Below are positions 13,303 through 26,187 of a stretch of 49,935 nt of DNA, piece after piece (positions within the stretch are counted from its first letter, which is position 1; every line of letters begins with the position of its first letter). This DNA is from Octopus sinensis (Eukaryota): assembly GCF_006345805.1 (NCBI RefSeq), contig NW_021834291.1:1-49935 (forward strand). Reading direction: 5' to 3'. Made by a program: the position numbers and the translations under genes. The notes beneath the pieces are model-generated. The model worked only from the letters and a program-made list of their open reading frames with translations, did not search any database and was not told the DNA's origin.

Positions 13303-14983
13303 CTCCATTTGTATGACTTTGGAATTCCTGTTTCTACTACCCGTCTTAATTCCCTACGTCTTCTTTCCATGTTTAACCCAAGAGTCATAAAATCCAACGG
13401 CGCAGGGATAAAGATAACCAGCAGGTTTAGGTGAAACTAGGAGCTCCTAGTCCGGACCTAGACGTTGGCAGCAAATATGTGACGGTTGCCTTCCCAAGAC
13501 CCTGTGACTACTTGGGATTCTGGACCTGCACTTGTATCTGAGTAGGCCTTTTCAGCACTACTGTTGCCCACCACAAACGGTGAAGGCCCGATAAAAGGGG
13601 GGATAAACATCGGAAGTCCCTTTTACTACTTGGCTGAGTAGCTGCACCTGGCGGGCTACCTTTCATGCGGTCGTGACACTAAATCTGGAACTAGCTAAAA
13701 CATTAAGACCAAAGTGAAACTGACCTTGGGAACTTGGAACCTGAGAACCCTTTAAGACACTGGCAACTCCGACTGACCCGAAAGACAAACTGCACTCGTC
13801 TCTAAAGAACTCATCAGGTTCAGTGTCGACATTGAGAAACACAACTCTCAGTAGAAGGAAAACTCGAAGAGGGATGTGCTGGATAAACATTGGCGGGGAG
13901 AAAAGAAAGATCAAAGAGACAGAAGGATCCACAGTGTTGGGTTTGCTGTCAAATCTCCAGTCATGCGCGACCATCAATAAACTCCGATTGCCATCATCGA
14001 GCGACTTATGACTCTTCGTGTACCACTCACCAAAGATAATTTCGTTTACATCATTTCCGTTAATGCCCCGTATTTTTTGACATCAAAAATGAGTTACCAA
14101 CAACTTTCTGACACCTTTAATGTTTCCTCTAATGGTAATTTCCTACGGCACGGGGTTTTTAATGCCCGAGTTGGAAACGATCAACGTCTTAGGAGTAATA
14201 TGATTGGCAGAGAGGGTGTTGGGAACTGCAATGCGCGTTGTCCTCTGTTGCTGGGTCTGTGTTCGGAACATGAGCAGAGCATCTCGAACACTCCGACTTC
14301 CCAATCGTTTGAAGACCACTTGGATGTACCTGCGATCGAAGCACTAGCATCTTCTCGACTATGTCATTGGTCATCAATGAAATAGAAAGGATGTCTGTGG
14401 GACAAGAGCAGCTCATAGTGCAGGTGGCTTTTGGACCGATCACCGTCTGGTAATTGTATGAAAATTACCATCCACAAAAAATCAAGGTTACACCGTGCTC
14501 CCTCTTCCCGCTATAAAATTGAGATCTCAAAAATCCAAGACCCCCAATGCAGAATGAGATTTCAAAATTCAATCTGCGATAAGATGAATTCCCACTTTGC
14601 ATATCATCAAACCTTTGAAGAAGGATGGTCTTTCTGCCAAATACTATATCGGATTCTTCAAAAGAAAAAATACTAAGACTGGTTTGATAATAACGGATAT
14701 GTTGACGCTCGAAATCTTAGAAACTTCTATGTCGGAATCAAATGGTCAAACGACGTTCTACTGGTAGCAGACAATGTTAACATCCTTATTGACTCTCAAG
14801 ACATCCTAGCCAACCGGAAAGAACATTTTCTCTTTTGTTAAATCGTGAGTCAACAACAGAAGACTTCCTCGGAAAAGTCTATTTCCATTCATTACAACCT
14901 TGGATTTCGTTTCTACTACACGTCTTACTTTCCTACGTCTTCTATCCATGTTTAGACCAAGGGTCATAAAATCCAACGGCGCA
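13303..14983. repeat. ~100 bp direct repeats (13303-13403, 14883-14983) flanking the RTE remnant
   Basis: Both read ...TTTCTACTAC(C/A)CGTCTTA...CCATGTTTA...GTCATAAAATCCAACGGCGCA. Confidence 0.85.
13404..14882 (+). mobile_element. RTE-clade LINE remnant: 5' region and degenerate AP-endonuclease domain, RT absent
   Basis: LTLGTWNLRTL..PERQTALVSKEL, ERLMTLRVPL, FNARVG, WTDHRLV, DWFDNN motifs across shifted frames. Confidence 0.85.
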
Positions 14984-15189
14984 TAAAGAGTTCCAGAAGA
15001 TAAATAAACGTATGAATGTAAGAAAAGCTCCAGGACTCTATAACATCGTATTCGAATTGTTACAACATGGCTAACCGCCGCTGCAAGCTAAAATCTTCGC
15101 TCTGTTTCTAAAGATGTTGGAGGCACATCAGGTCTCAAATGATCTCAGAGACGGCGTTACCATCAATATATCCAAGAAAGGTGATAGAA

Positions 15190-15750
15190 ATATGTTAGGT
15201 ACACACTCTACATCTAGTGTTCGGGCCTGTTTTCATTACTTTGCTTTTATAGTTGTTTGTGGTCAGGTATTGGTCTTGTGCAATGAGAATCAGTCCTTCA
15301 GCTGCTGCTTTTAGTCCAGAGCTTTTGAGCCATTGTTGGCTGTTCCTTAGGTTCACTCCTCTGTCAAGCTTTGCAGGGTATTGGCCATAGGATGATTTTC
15401 TCTCCATTTCTTCTTTAGTATGTTTTGTAGCTCTGTTTTTATGTCGTCTTAAGTCTCTTTGACCATTTCTGCTGTTGCCATCTGAGACCAGAGTATCAAT
15501 GTAGTTTGTTTTTTGTTTCACATTTTGTCGCCTACTTGTGTAGAGAGCAAAGCGTTTTCGTTTTTTCTTTTTCATCCACTTTTAATTTCTAAGTACTTTT
15601 CCAGTTCAACTGTTATTATTTTATAGTAGTTCTGTATCTGTCAGGCCGCCACCTTTTCTGTACCTGCTTTTCTGTGTCTGCTTTGGGGTGGTGACTTCGG
15701 TATGCTGTTAATAGTTTTCTTGGTTTTTCCTAAGTTTCTTGGTTCACTGA
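15190..15750 (-). mobile_element. R4/Dong-like non-LTR fragment (post-RT region to zinc knuckle)
   Basis: SYGQYPAKLD..SQQWLKSSGLKAAAEGLILIAQDQYLTTNNY..RCRVC; frameshifted upstream. Confidence 0.8.
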
Positions 15751-15751
15751 T

Positions 15752-15784
15752 CTTCTTCTTCTTCTTCTTCTTCTTCTTCTTCTT

Positions 15785-15862
<78 letters not shown>

Positions 15863-15905
15863 GTTGTTGTTGTTGTTGTTGTTGTTATCATCATTATTAT
15901 TATTA
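15752..15905. repeat. Compound (CTT)n(ATT)n(GTT)n microsatellite
   Basis: Direct reading. Confidence 0.97.
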
Positions 15906-16425
15906 ATATTGAGAGAGCAGTGCATGCCATCAAAGTGACATAGGGGTAAATATACAAAACCCAGTATACACCAGGCACATGCATCACAACCATATGTGCG
16001 CGATATGGTGATCTCATATCATGATAAACAGTGCATGACCTTGCAGGTGGGAACCAGTTAGAATTTTCTTCCGGTTGAGTAGCCCATCCCACTCAAAAGG
16101 TCCTTGAATAAGAGTTGTATAAGGATGTTCAATGAAACACACATGTTTCCAGAGTTGAATTATTCAAACCCCAAATAATTCCTCTTGACACAATGCTATG
16201 ATGCTCCTCCATTATTCCTGCTCATGATCAGAGATGCACATATTGTCAGCCACTAAGGGTCATGCTCAGCTGGTTATGGTCAAACAACTGATAAGCAAAT
16301 CTGTGGTATTGAGCAGAATATATGCTGTAGCCCATCTTTTATACCAAGACAAAACAATGTACATGATAACAATTCCAATCAGTTAAGATCAGAAGCCACG
16401 AGAGCCACTGCCTTGTACTGCATCA
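15906..16425 (-). mobile_element. Unclassified non-coding retroposon-like segment ending CTCTCTCAATATT(AAT)n
   Basis: Complex sequence embedded between (ATT)n tracts, with the same tail polarity as neighbouring R4 fragments. Confidence 0.4.
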
Positions 16426-16439
16426 GGGCAAAATTATTT

Positions 16440-16441
16440 TA

Positions 16442-16525
<84 letters not shown>

Positions 16526-16594
16526 TATCATTATTATTATTATTATCATTATTATCATTAATATCATTATCATTATTATCATTATTATTATTAC

Positions 16595-16650
<56 letters not shown>
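16440..16650. repeat. (ATT)n/(ATC)n microsatellite
   Basis: Direct reading. Confidence 0.97.
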
Positions 16651-16651
<1 letters not shown>

Positions 16652-16654
16652 ATG

Positions 16655-16920
16655 AAAACTCACAGCTTTTTTGCTGAGTATGATGAAAAGTGTCAGCTGT
16701 CCACAGTCAGCAGACTAAGGTGACACTTGTTTACAAGTTACGCTTCAAGAGCCCTGCGAAGAATTCTTGCAATTCCAAGTGATGCTGGTTTTTGTAGGTG
16801 TTCTACCTTCACACATGCACCAATCTTTGTCAGCCATGTTGGTAACCGAGTGCTGATACTTCCAAGAGTACCAATTACTCACTTCATTGACCACGAACTT
16901 CAAATTGTCATAGTTGTTTC
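16655..16920 (-). mobile_element. R4/Dong-like extreme 3' fragment (second subfamily)
   Basis: 16878-16738 translates VIGTLGSISTRLPTWLTKIGACVKVEHLQKPASLGIARILRRALEA*, then short UTR and (TAA)n. Confidence 0.75.
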
Positions 16921-16966
16921 GTTAATAATGATAATAATTTTTAAATAAAAAAAATTATCATCATCA

Positions 16967-17051
<85 letters not shown>

Positions 17052-17059
17052 TACTATTA

Positions 17060-17910
17060 TTAGTTTTATTATTCTATCTTTCACTTTTGCTTTATGTCTG
17101 TACAAGTTGGCTCCAAGTCTCACCCAGAGACCTCAAGAAACAACAGTTCACGTTGTTGTTATGCCTAGTGTGCCATATATTTGGATTTTTTTGGTGTTGT
17201 ACAAGTGAATGTCTAATACATAGATTAAAAAAAAAAGTTTGTTTTAAACCTTGGGATTACATAGAGAGTATTTTGCGTAGGATATGAGCAGTTCCCATGA
17301 GCACTATCTTTTAAATTTCTGCCATTTTGGGGTTTCCTGGTATCTGAGTTAGATAGCAATCAGCCCCTTTCGCTATCATTCCCAGGGCACCTATGACAAC
17401 AGGTATTGTTTTAGTCTTCAGCTTCCACGTTTTGCTGATTTCTATTTCAAGATCTTTATATTTGCTCAGTTTTTGGTAGGTCTTGACAGATACATTTATA
17501 TCGATTGGGACAGTCATATCAATGAGGAGGCATGTTCTTTGTCTGAAGTCTTTCAATATGATGTCTGGCCTATTTGCATCTATCTTTCTGTCAGTTTGAA
17601 TGGTGAAGTTCCAGAGGAGTGAGATGTGGTCATTTTCAAGTACTGGAGGTGGATTATGTTCCCACCAGTTTTTTTCATGGGGCAAATCCAGGGTTTTGCA
17701 AATTACCCAGTGAATATATTGTGCAGCTCTATCATGCCTGTTGATGTACTCTGTAGGCGCTAGAAGACTGCATTTGGAGACAACATGATCAATGGTTTCA
17801 TTTTGTTGTCGGCATACACGACATGTTGGGCTACTGCCGTTCTTTAATATATTGGCCTGGTAGTTTCTTGTTGGTAGGCATTGATCTTGAGCTGCTATGA
17901 TAAACCCTTC
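17060..17910 (-). mobile_element. 5'-truncated R4/Dong-like LINE: CCHC knuckle, restriction-like endonuclease and 3' UTR
   Basis: EGFIIAAQDQ..CRVC..TIDHVVSKC..RHD..NRPDII..D..K..KY..VVIGALG; one premature stop at 17311; natural stop at 17257; both ends in (TAA)n. Confidence 0.92.
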
Positions 17911-18006
17911 TATTATTATTATTATTATTATTGTTATTATTATTATTATTACTATTACTTTTGTTATTATTATTATTATTATTATTACTATTACTTTTGT
18001 TATCAT

Positions 18007-18038
<32 letters not shown>

Positions 18039-18080
18039 ATTATTATTATTATTTTCATTATTATTACTATTTTGTTATTA

Positions 18081-18126
<46 letters not shown>

Positions 18127-18140
18127 GCATTATTATTATT
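17911..18140. repeat. (ATT)n microsatellite
   Basis: Direct reading. Confidence 0.97.
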
Positions 18141-18366
18141 GTTATTATCATGCTTCAAAACAAATGCTAAAAGCATCTCTGCTGCTGCACACGTACACGT
18201 TACTAACTCATCGGAAGAATGAGCACTCAGTACCGAATTAGTTGATAATTATAAAGGGGTTTACTAGATTTTGTTAGTTTGCTGGGACCTGAAATTTCCT
18301 GATGATGGGCGTCAACATTTTATATGACAGCCATCCTATTCAAACTGGTATGGGAGCACATACTCA

Positions 18367-18413
<47 letters not shown>

Positions 18414-19508
18414 CACACATACACACACAGCAGTGAGAGATGAAAAGCGAAAGACTGAAAGAAAGAGAAAGAGAGATTGATACTTAGATATAATTATATA
18501 TTATATATGCATAAATACATATAAAATATATATAAAAATAATTAAGCGGGCATGTATAGTATGATTTTGTAATTAGGCATCGATCAAGTTAGGTCATACT
18601 GACACGGTAACCAGGTTGAGATCTTTTGAATCAGCTGTAAAAGGATTTTTGTTTTATCTATAAGTCAAAGGTCGAGGTTAATGAGTGATGATTAAACGAA
18701 AACGTTCAAAGCACTGTAAAGGAGGCATTTACTGAGAAAGACCTTGTTGTTGCGGAGAAGATGCAATGGGATTAAATCAATACATACATGTATATCTCAC
18801 TCTCACTTATCTATATATGTATGTAAGTATGTATGTAGGTATGGATATGGATTATATATATATATAGATATAGGGATACACACACATACACGTGCATATA
18901 TCATATACAATACACATATATATACATATATATATTGTGTGTGTATATAGTATATATATATATAATATATGTGTATATATATATATATATAATATATTTA
19001 TATATATATATATATATAGATGTATGTATAATGTAATGTATATGTAGATATATATGTAATATATATGTATATATATATTATGTATATATGTATGTATATA
19101 TATGTATATGTGTGTGTTTGTGTGTCTATATATATATAAAGTGAGAGAGAGGCGATTGCGAAGAAGATAGAAAGGAAACAGATTTGTGTGTGCATGCGTA
19201 TACGTCAGTGTGTACGCTTGTATGTGAACGTTGGTGTGTGTGTGTATGTGTGTATGTATATTAGCGCGTGTGTGTATGTGTTAGTGTGTGTGTGCATGTG
19301 TATGTGTGAGTGTGTGTGTGGTGTGTGTGTGTGTTTGTGAATGAACAATTTAGAAAGCAAGATAGAAGAGATTGTGAAAAAATAAGAATAGAAGAGAATA
19401 AGATAGATAAATTAAATTGAAGAAGTGAAACGGAAAAAGAACACGACACAAAATATAAACATAACATAATATATAATTTTTAAAAGATATATATACATAT
19501 ACATATAC

Positions 19509-19582
<74 letters not shown>

Positions 19583-20162
19583 TATATAAAGGACATTTTT
19601 ATTCGTTTTTGTTGTTTTAAATGCTTTTAAGAAAACTAAACATTTTAATTTTCAATTATCAAACTTTACAAATATGCTGCCGTGAGTTTATCTTCTTTAT
19701 GAAATTTCATTCAAGCGAATTTAATATTTTATTTCGTTTTGCATCCTCCTGTACTATAAATTTACAAGCTCATCTCAACACTATTATCGCTTGAAATAAT
19801 AGAACATGCTGTGGTCAGGCTTGGAAAGGTTTTTTAATTTGTTGGAAATAAAACCAACAGATATATATTTGTGTGTGCGTATGGCTTGCTTAAATGAAAT
19901 GATACGCTTCGCTGATCAGGTTCTGTTTCTCAAAGCCCATCGATCACCCATCACCTATCACTTAGTTCAATTCTCTTTTATTATTATGAATTAACGAATA
20001 TTATTTCTTTTCAGAGGACTGCTTTGAATAAAAATTAGCAAACAAGTATGATTAAAATATCTACAGAATATTATATATGTATGAGTGTGTGTATGTGCAT
20101 TTGTTGTATGTATTTGTATGCATATATATATACATATATACATGTTTATATATGTAGGTGGG

Positions 20163-20208
<46 letters not shown>

Positions 20209-21255
20209 TTGCGTATGTATATATGTGTGTAATTTACATATGCACACATATACGTACAATCAATTCACATATATAATTGACATAAAAACGTACACAAGAG
20301 AATAAACGAAAATAAATATCTATGCATTATTATGTATACACACACACGCGCGCATTCACCATGTACACTCTCACACACAATATCTATGTATCTATATATA
20401 TGTGTGTGTGTGTGTATGTGTGTGTATGTGTGTGTGTGTGTGCGTTTGTGTGTGTGTATATGTGCGCAGACGTATGTATCTATCTAATGTACGTACGTCG
20501 TATATGTATTTTGTTATGTATGCGTATATACATGCGTATAATGAATTGTGCGCACATAATATGAATACAGAAATTAAAACACAACACAACTTTATACGAA
20601 TGTGTGTACGCACGTGCTCCTACGTACATACGTACGTACGTATAAGTGTATTTATGCGAATGTGTGTATGCTTGTATATGCAAGTGTGTTTATAACGTGT
20701 GTTTATTTGGCGAGCTGAAGTTTTTTGAAATGAGAACGTTATATATTACATATTGATTAAATTGGTGTTTGTATATCAATTTATCACGTCTATTGAGCTA
20801 ATATTGACACCGAACCACGTCTGTTTGTTCTTACAAGCTAAAAAGTCTCTGAAGTTAGCTACTGATTTTACGGCTTGTCTCGCATCTAGTTCATTGCAAA
20901 CACGCACACATACAAACACGCATACAAACGCATCATACATACAACGATATCTACATTTACGCATAGATATACATAACCACATACACAATCGCACTCGCAC
21001 ATAATAACACTTACAATTATAAATGCACGCATTATCGATACATAGGTATATGCAATTTGTGTGTTTGTTTCGTATGTTTAAAACGTCGCTTAAATATATA
21101 TTTTTTTAATAATTACTGTAAAGATGGACCTTGCGTAGCCAAAACCAAAGGAGACACTCCGGATTTAAACTGGTTACTTTGATAGTTAATAGGTCTAACA
21201 TGTTTACTTACCAAAAAATACGTACACATACGTCATACGTATATAAAAATGCACA

Positions 21256-21297
<42 letters not shown>

Positions 21298-21516
21298 CGC
21301 GGGAGTGCTGAAAAATTCCTGGCTCTGGGTAAAAGAAAATACAGGAGGATAAGTTAATTATGATTTTATTCGACATATTCCCCTCTCAGTTTCATACACT
21401 TATTGCAAAGGTCCTTCGGGTTTTCAAAGCCCTGTAAAAGTACTCGGAAGACTGGGCTTCCAACCAGGCCTTTCGCGACACCCTTGAGACCAGGAACTTT
21501 TCAGCACCCCATCGTG
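21298..21516. mobile_element. Mariner-type MITE with ~28 bp TIRs and TA TSD
   Basis: TA-CGCGGGAGTGCTGAAAAATTCCTGG ... CCAGGAACTTTTCAGCACCCCATCGTG-TA. Confidence 0.8.
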
Positions 21517-21632
21517 TACATGTATGTATGTATGTATGTATGTATGTATGTATGTATGTATGTATGTATGTATGTATTATGTATGTATAGAGTGTTTGTA
21601 GCAGTGTACAGATATTGTTTATTGAGAAAAAG

Positions 21633-21787
21633 GAGGCAGTCAGAATTTTGGATACTTCTTTATTAGCTCATTCGCTCGTTTGTCGAACTCGTCAAGACAA
21701 AATTAAAATGATTTTGGTTTTGTCTTGACGAGTTCAATAAACGAACGAAAGCACTAATAAAGAATTATCCAAAATTCTGACTGCCTC
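21633..21787. repeat. ~70 bp imperfect inverted repeat with short spacer (155 nt hairpin)
   Basis: GAGGCAGTCAGAATTTTGGATA...GAACTCGTCAAGACAAAA pairs with TTTTGTCTTGACGAGTTC...TATCCAAAATTCTGACTGCCTC. Confidence 0.9.
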
Positions 21788-21854
21788 TTTCCCCCCACTC
21801 TCTCTCTCTCTCTCTCTCTCTACATATATATATATATATATGTATAACCCTTCA

Positions 21855-21897
21855 AATACGTTTGACAACGTAAATTTGATGAGTCTTCATCAGCTGC
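21855..21897 (-). ncRNA. Degenerate HHR-like motif
   Basis: CUGAUGA-A-GAC..GUC-AAACGUA; G12 missing and stem I weak. Confidence 0.3.
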
Positions 21898-22193
21898 ATT
21901 TACCTAGACAATATTTCGAATGTTGCCACATCAATGCCAGTATACTCGCATGAACGCCTAGCCGTTAACAGAACGAGAATAGTGAAGGAGTTTTCAATGA
22001 AAATAATAATGCTATACAAATGTATTACTTTCCAGTAAAATAAAGCCCCATAAGGGTAGAGTTATACATATAAAAATAGATAAGTGGTACAACAAGGTAC
22101 CAATATTTACTGGGAAATAGCAATCGATACAAATACGACGCTATTGTATAGCTTCAATGCGTATTTACTAGGTTGTCCATTTATATATATATA

Positions 22194-22236
<43 letters not shown>

Positions 22237-22271
22237 ATATATGTATATGTGTATATATATATATATATATA

Positions 22272-22475
22272 AAGTTAATCCAAACATGAAAACACACAAG
22301 AGAAAACACAACAACGCGAGGATGTGGAACAAATATAGTATTGATGGACGCTCAGGAAGGAAGGGAAGAAGGAGGGTTTTACGTTTCGAGCGGAGCTCTT
22401 CGTCAGAAACATAGGAAAAGGAAAGATCCAGGGAAGGGAAGACGGAGGGAAAAAAATCGCCAACGGTACACACGT
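22272..22475 (-). mobile_element. Family C short repeat (Penelope pseudo-LTR-like or non-autonomous), between (TA)n runs
   Basis: Homologous to 31921-32105 and 45250-45450; contains an HHR. Confidence 0.65.
22376..22410 (-). ncRNA. Minimal type I HHR with palindromic stem III (dimer type)
   Basis: GUUU-CUGACGA-A-GAGC(UCC)GCUC-GAA-ACGU-A|AAAC; core intact. Confidence 0.75.
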
Positions 22476-22666
22476 GCTCACATAGTCACACATATATATA
22501 TATATATAACATTAAACTACTTATGTGAAATAAGTCAGCGTTAAATCAGTAACTCCGAATATGCGACGCCGGAACGGCTGTGACAATAAGTCCCAAACCC
22601 TTCTCTGACAGACCACCAGCATGTAACTTGTTATTGATGTGGATAAGCTAATTTGTTTGTATATCT

Positions 22667-22897
22667 GTTTCTTTATTACCCACAAGGGGCTAAACATAGA
22701 GGGGACAGACAAGGACAGACAGACGGATTAAGTCGATTACATCGACCCAGTGCGTAACTGGTACTTGATTTATCGACCCCGAAAGGATGAAAGGCAAAGT
22801 CGACCTCGGCGGAATTTGAACTCGGAACGTAACGGCAGACGAAATACGGCTACGCATTTCGCCCGGCGTGCTAACGTTTCTGCCAGCTCGCCACCTT
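22667..22897 (-). mobile_element. Full-length family 1 SINE with TSD
   Basis: Head GGTGGCGAGCTGGCAGAAACGTTAG, B box, Meta-like centre; ATTTGTTTGTATATC duplicated on both sides. Confidence 0.9.
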
Positions 22898-23924
22898 ATA
22901 TATATTTGTTTGTATATCACTTTCTCGATAGCAAGTTCGATCGTTGAATAAATGGTGAGTTAACAATTGTTTTTCCCCTTGTTGCTGCCTGGTGTCTACA
23001 AGCAATATATATTTGTGGACATTTAAAGGAAGTGAACGATCGTAGCTGAAACCCCCAACACAAGACTGATACATAACATGATCGGATGTTCGCCGGTTTT
23101 CTGTACATGTGAGTTTTGTATAAAAATGCATGCTGTTAATAAATCAATGGAAAATTATCTTAAGTGGTCTCAAGCAAACGTCCCGTCTAAACTACTAATT
23201 CCTAAACTTTTTCGGGTCACTACCCCATTGGAATCCACTCCACATTCTAAGTACACCCTCCCTACTCACTCACCACAAACATAGGCCGCATTCTGCATCA
23301 AATTCACAACTGTATTTCACAAATAAAACTTAACCTTATCCATTATTTTGTTATTTTTACACCCATCCCTTTTAGCCATCCCTTTATCACCCCCACTTTT
23401 CTTCAGCGCCCCCTGGGTATTTTCACCGTCCCTACTGGGACAGTACCGCTCACTTTGGTAACCACTGGTCGAAATTATCTGCCAAACTATTAAATAGATG
23501 TTTTCCTAAACATTACTCCATTTTTGAGAATGTTGCTTTAAAACACCCAAATTTGTATGCAGTTTACTCGTTTTAAACAATTCTTGCTCTTCCAAAACAA
23601 ATTTCTTCTTTTTATCTGTTTTTTACTTGTTACAGTTGTTGAAAGGTGGTTATGATGGAGCCCCGTCTGGAAGGATATTTTTTATTTTAGTCGAACAGCT
23701 CAACGCCGAGACTTCTACTATCAGGCTCTTTTGACGAACGCTTAAGGTGCGTGGGGTAAACAAACTAACGCCAGTTGTGAAGCGTTGAGGATGGACAAAC
23801 ATAGACACAGAAACACGCACACTCATACATACGCACGCACACGTGGGCGTGCAGACACACACACACTCTCATTGATACATACACACGCACACACACATAC
23901 ACACACACACACTCACAGTTTCCT

Positions 23925-24488
23925 TATTTCTTTACTGCCCACAAGGGGCTAAACACAGAGGGGACAAACAAGGACAGACAAAGGGATTAAGTCGATTATA
24001 TCGACCCCAATGCGTATCTGGACGAGTCTTTTCTACTCTAGGCACAAGGCCCGAACATTTTGGGGAGGGGGGCCAGTCGATCTGATCGACCCCAATACGC
24101 AACTGGTACTTAATTTATCAACCCCCACCCCGAAAAGGTGAAAGAAAAGTCGACCTCGGCGGAATTTGAACTCAGAGCATAAAGACAGACGAAATACCTG
24201 TTTCTATACCTTTACTACCCACAAGGGGCTAAACACAGAGAGGACAAACAAGGACAGACACACGGATTAAGTCGATTATATCGACCCCAGTGCGTAACTG
24301 GTATTTATTTAATCGACCCCGAAAGGATGAAAGGCAAAGTCGACCTCGGCGGAATTTGAACTCAGAACGTAACGGCAGACGAAATACCGGTATGCATTTC
24401 GCCCGGCGTGCTAATGTTTCTGCCAGCTCGCCGCCTTTTCCAGCTCGCCGCCTTTTTCAGCTCGCCGCCTTTTTCAGCTCGCCGCCTT
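23925..24488 (-). mobile_element. Multimeric family 1 SINE (3 units, two tail types) with 4x reiterated 5' end
   Basis: Three Meta-like centres; CAGCTCGCCGCCTT repeated four times at 24424-24488. Confidence 0.88.
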
Positions 24489-24494
24489 AAACAC

Positions 24495-24640
24495 ACGCAC
24501 ATTTTCCGTGTACCAATTTCACTGAAAGGCATTTATCGCCTGGTGCTGTAGTAGAAGACAGTTACCCAAGGTGCTGCGCAGTGGAACTGAAACCGCATCT
24601 ACGTGATTTAAACGCGAACTTTTTAACTTACTTCAAAGCC
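24495..24640 (-). mobile_element. Family 2 SINE head, diverged
   Basis: Reverse complement contains CAGTTCCACTGCGCAGCACCTTGGGTAACTGTCTTCTACTA. Confidence 0.6.
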
Positions 24641-25254
24641 ATGCCAGCGTCTAGATTTGAGAAATGTTGTAATATAACCTATCATTTTAAAATATCTGCA
24701 TTTGTTCATTTGGAATTTATATATATATCTCACCGTGTATTTATCTCCCCGTGTAAATATCTCACCGCTTCACGTTTTTTTACACGTTATCTTTGTTTTT
24801 TATGTTTTTGTCTAATATATTTTTGTCAAAATAGATTACTGAAACACGCAACAGAGAGATACAATGACATATCTGTGAGTTATACACATAACAGAACAAG
24901 CACTATATCACAATAACCGTGAAAGCATTAAATTTGAAAGACAAACAGATTAAAAATCAGGAATTAATTTAAATAAAAAAAAGCCACAAACCTAGAAGTG
25001 AAAACTGAATGATATTTACATCTGTCAATGTGAGGAAACTAAAACGAATTGATATATCAGCAAATTATGATATAATAAACAAGATGAATTATAAATATAA
25101 GCAGAAATAAATGATTAAATGTAACGTTGAGATAAATTCTCAGTGTTGCAAAAAAATATATTACCTCACTATATAAATATGTTCATGAAAAATTTAGTTT
25201 TACAAAAAAACAGGACTGACAAGAAAAAACGTGTGTCGTATGTATATATATTTA

Positions 25255-25359
25255 TATGGTTCCGGGTTCAGTCCCACCGTACCATTGCACCTTCGATATG
25301 TGTATTTTACTAAACCCACGGGTCGACCAAAGCTTTGTGGGTGGATTTGGTAGATGCCG

Positions 25360-25406
<47 letters not shown>

Positions 25407-25620
25407 AGATTGTGTCCCTCACCACCGTTTGATAGCTGATATTGGTGTGTTTACATTGCTGTAAGCTAGTGGTTCGTCAAAAGACACCGGAAAATAGTAC
25501 CAAGCTTCCACACAAAAATATAATTAAGTTTTGGCTTCGATTCGTTCGATTAACTTTTTAAATCCAATGTCCCAGAATGGCCGCAGTCTAATGACTAAAA
25601 CAAATTAAAGGTAAAAGATA
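25255..25620 (+). mobile_element. Family 2 SINE, 5'-truncated
   Basis: GGTTCCGGGTTCAGTCCCAC B box, internal (GT)n, family tail. Confidence 0.8.
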
Positions 25621-26139
25621 TAAACACACGTATAATGCTTTTATAACTCTAACCCCTGTCCACCCTTCTTTTTTTATTTCCTTTATCTCATCTTGATGTC
25701 ACCTTCATATTCTCCATGACGTGTGCATAAGACGGAATGCACACAGTTCTTGGAAACCATTAAACAATTAAGAAATATCTATGCACAACACAGCCTGTAT
25801 TAGAAAACCTATTATTAAAAGCTACTGTTTTTAAGCTTTATCGTTGTGGAGCTTTAAACATATATAAATATTTCTTTCTTATTCTCTTAGTACACAAAAA
25901 TAGACATAAATAAATAAAGGCGATTGTCTTGATATTTTCATAGTTCGTTGACCAATCAACAATAGATATTATTTGTACATGCACACTCAAACAAATGAAT
26001 ACGTACACACGGCAAGATTTGAGCTCGGAGCATAAAGAACCGGAACAGTATAACAGGACATTTTTGTCTGTCACACTAACGATAGTCCCAGTTCAGCCCC
26101 CTTCTGTTTCTACTATAGACACAACAGAGATATATAGAG

Positions 26140-26187
<48 letters not shown>

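Noticed and set aside
13396-13510. HDV-like ribozyme at the RTE 5' end
   Set aside because: Only a possible P1 pairing (GCAGGG/CCCTGT); P1.1, P2 and P3 could not be completed by eye.
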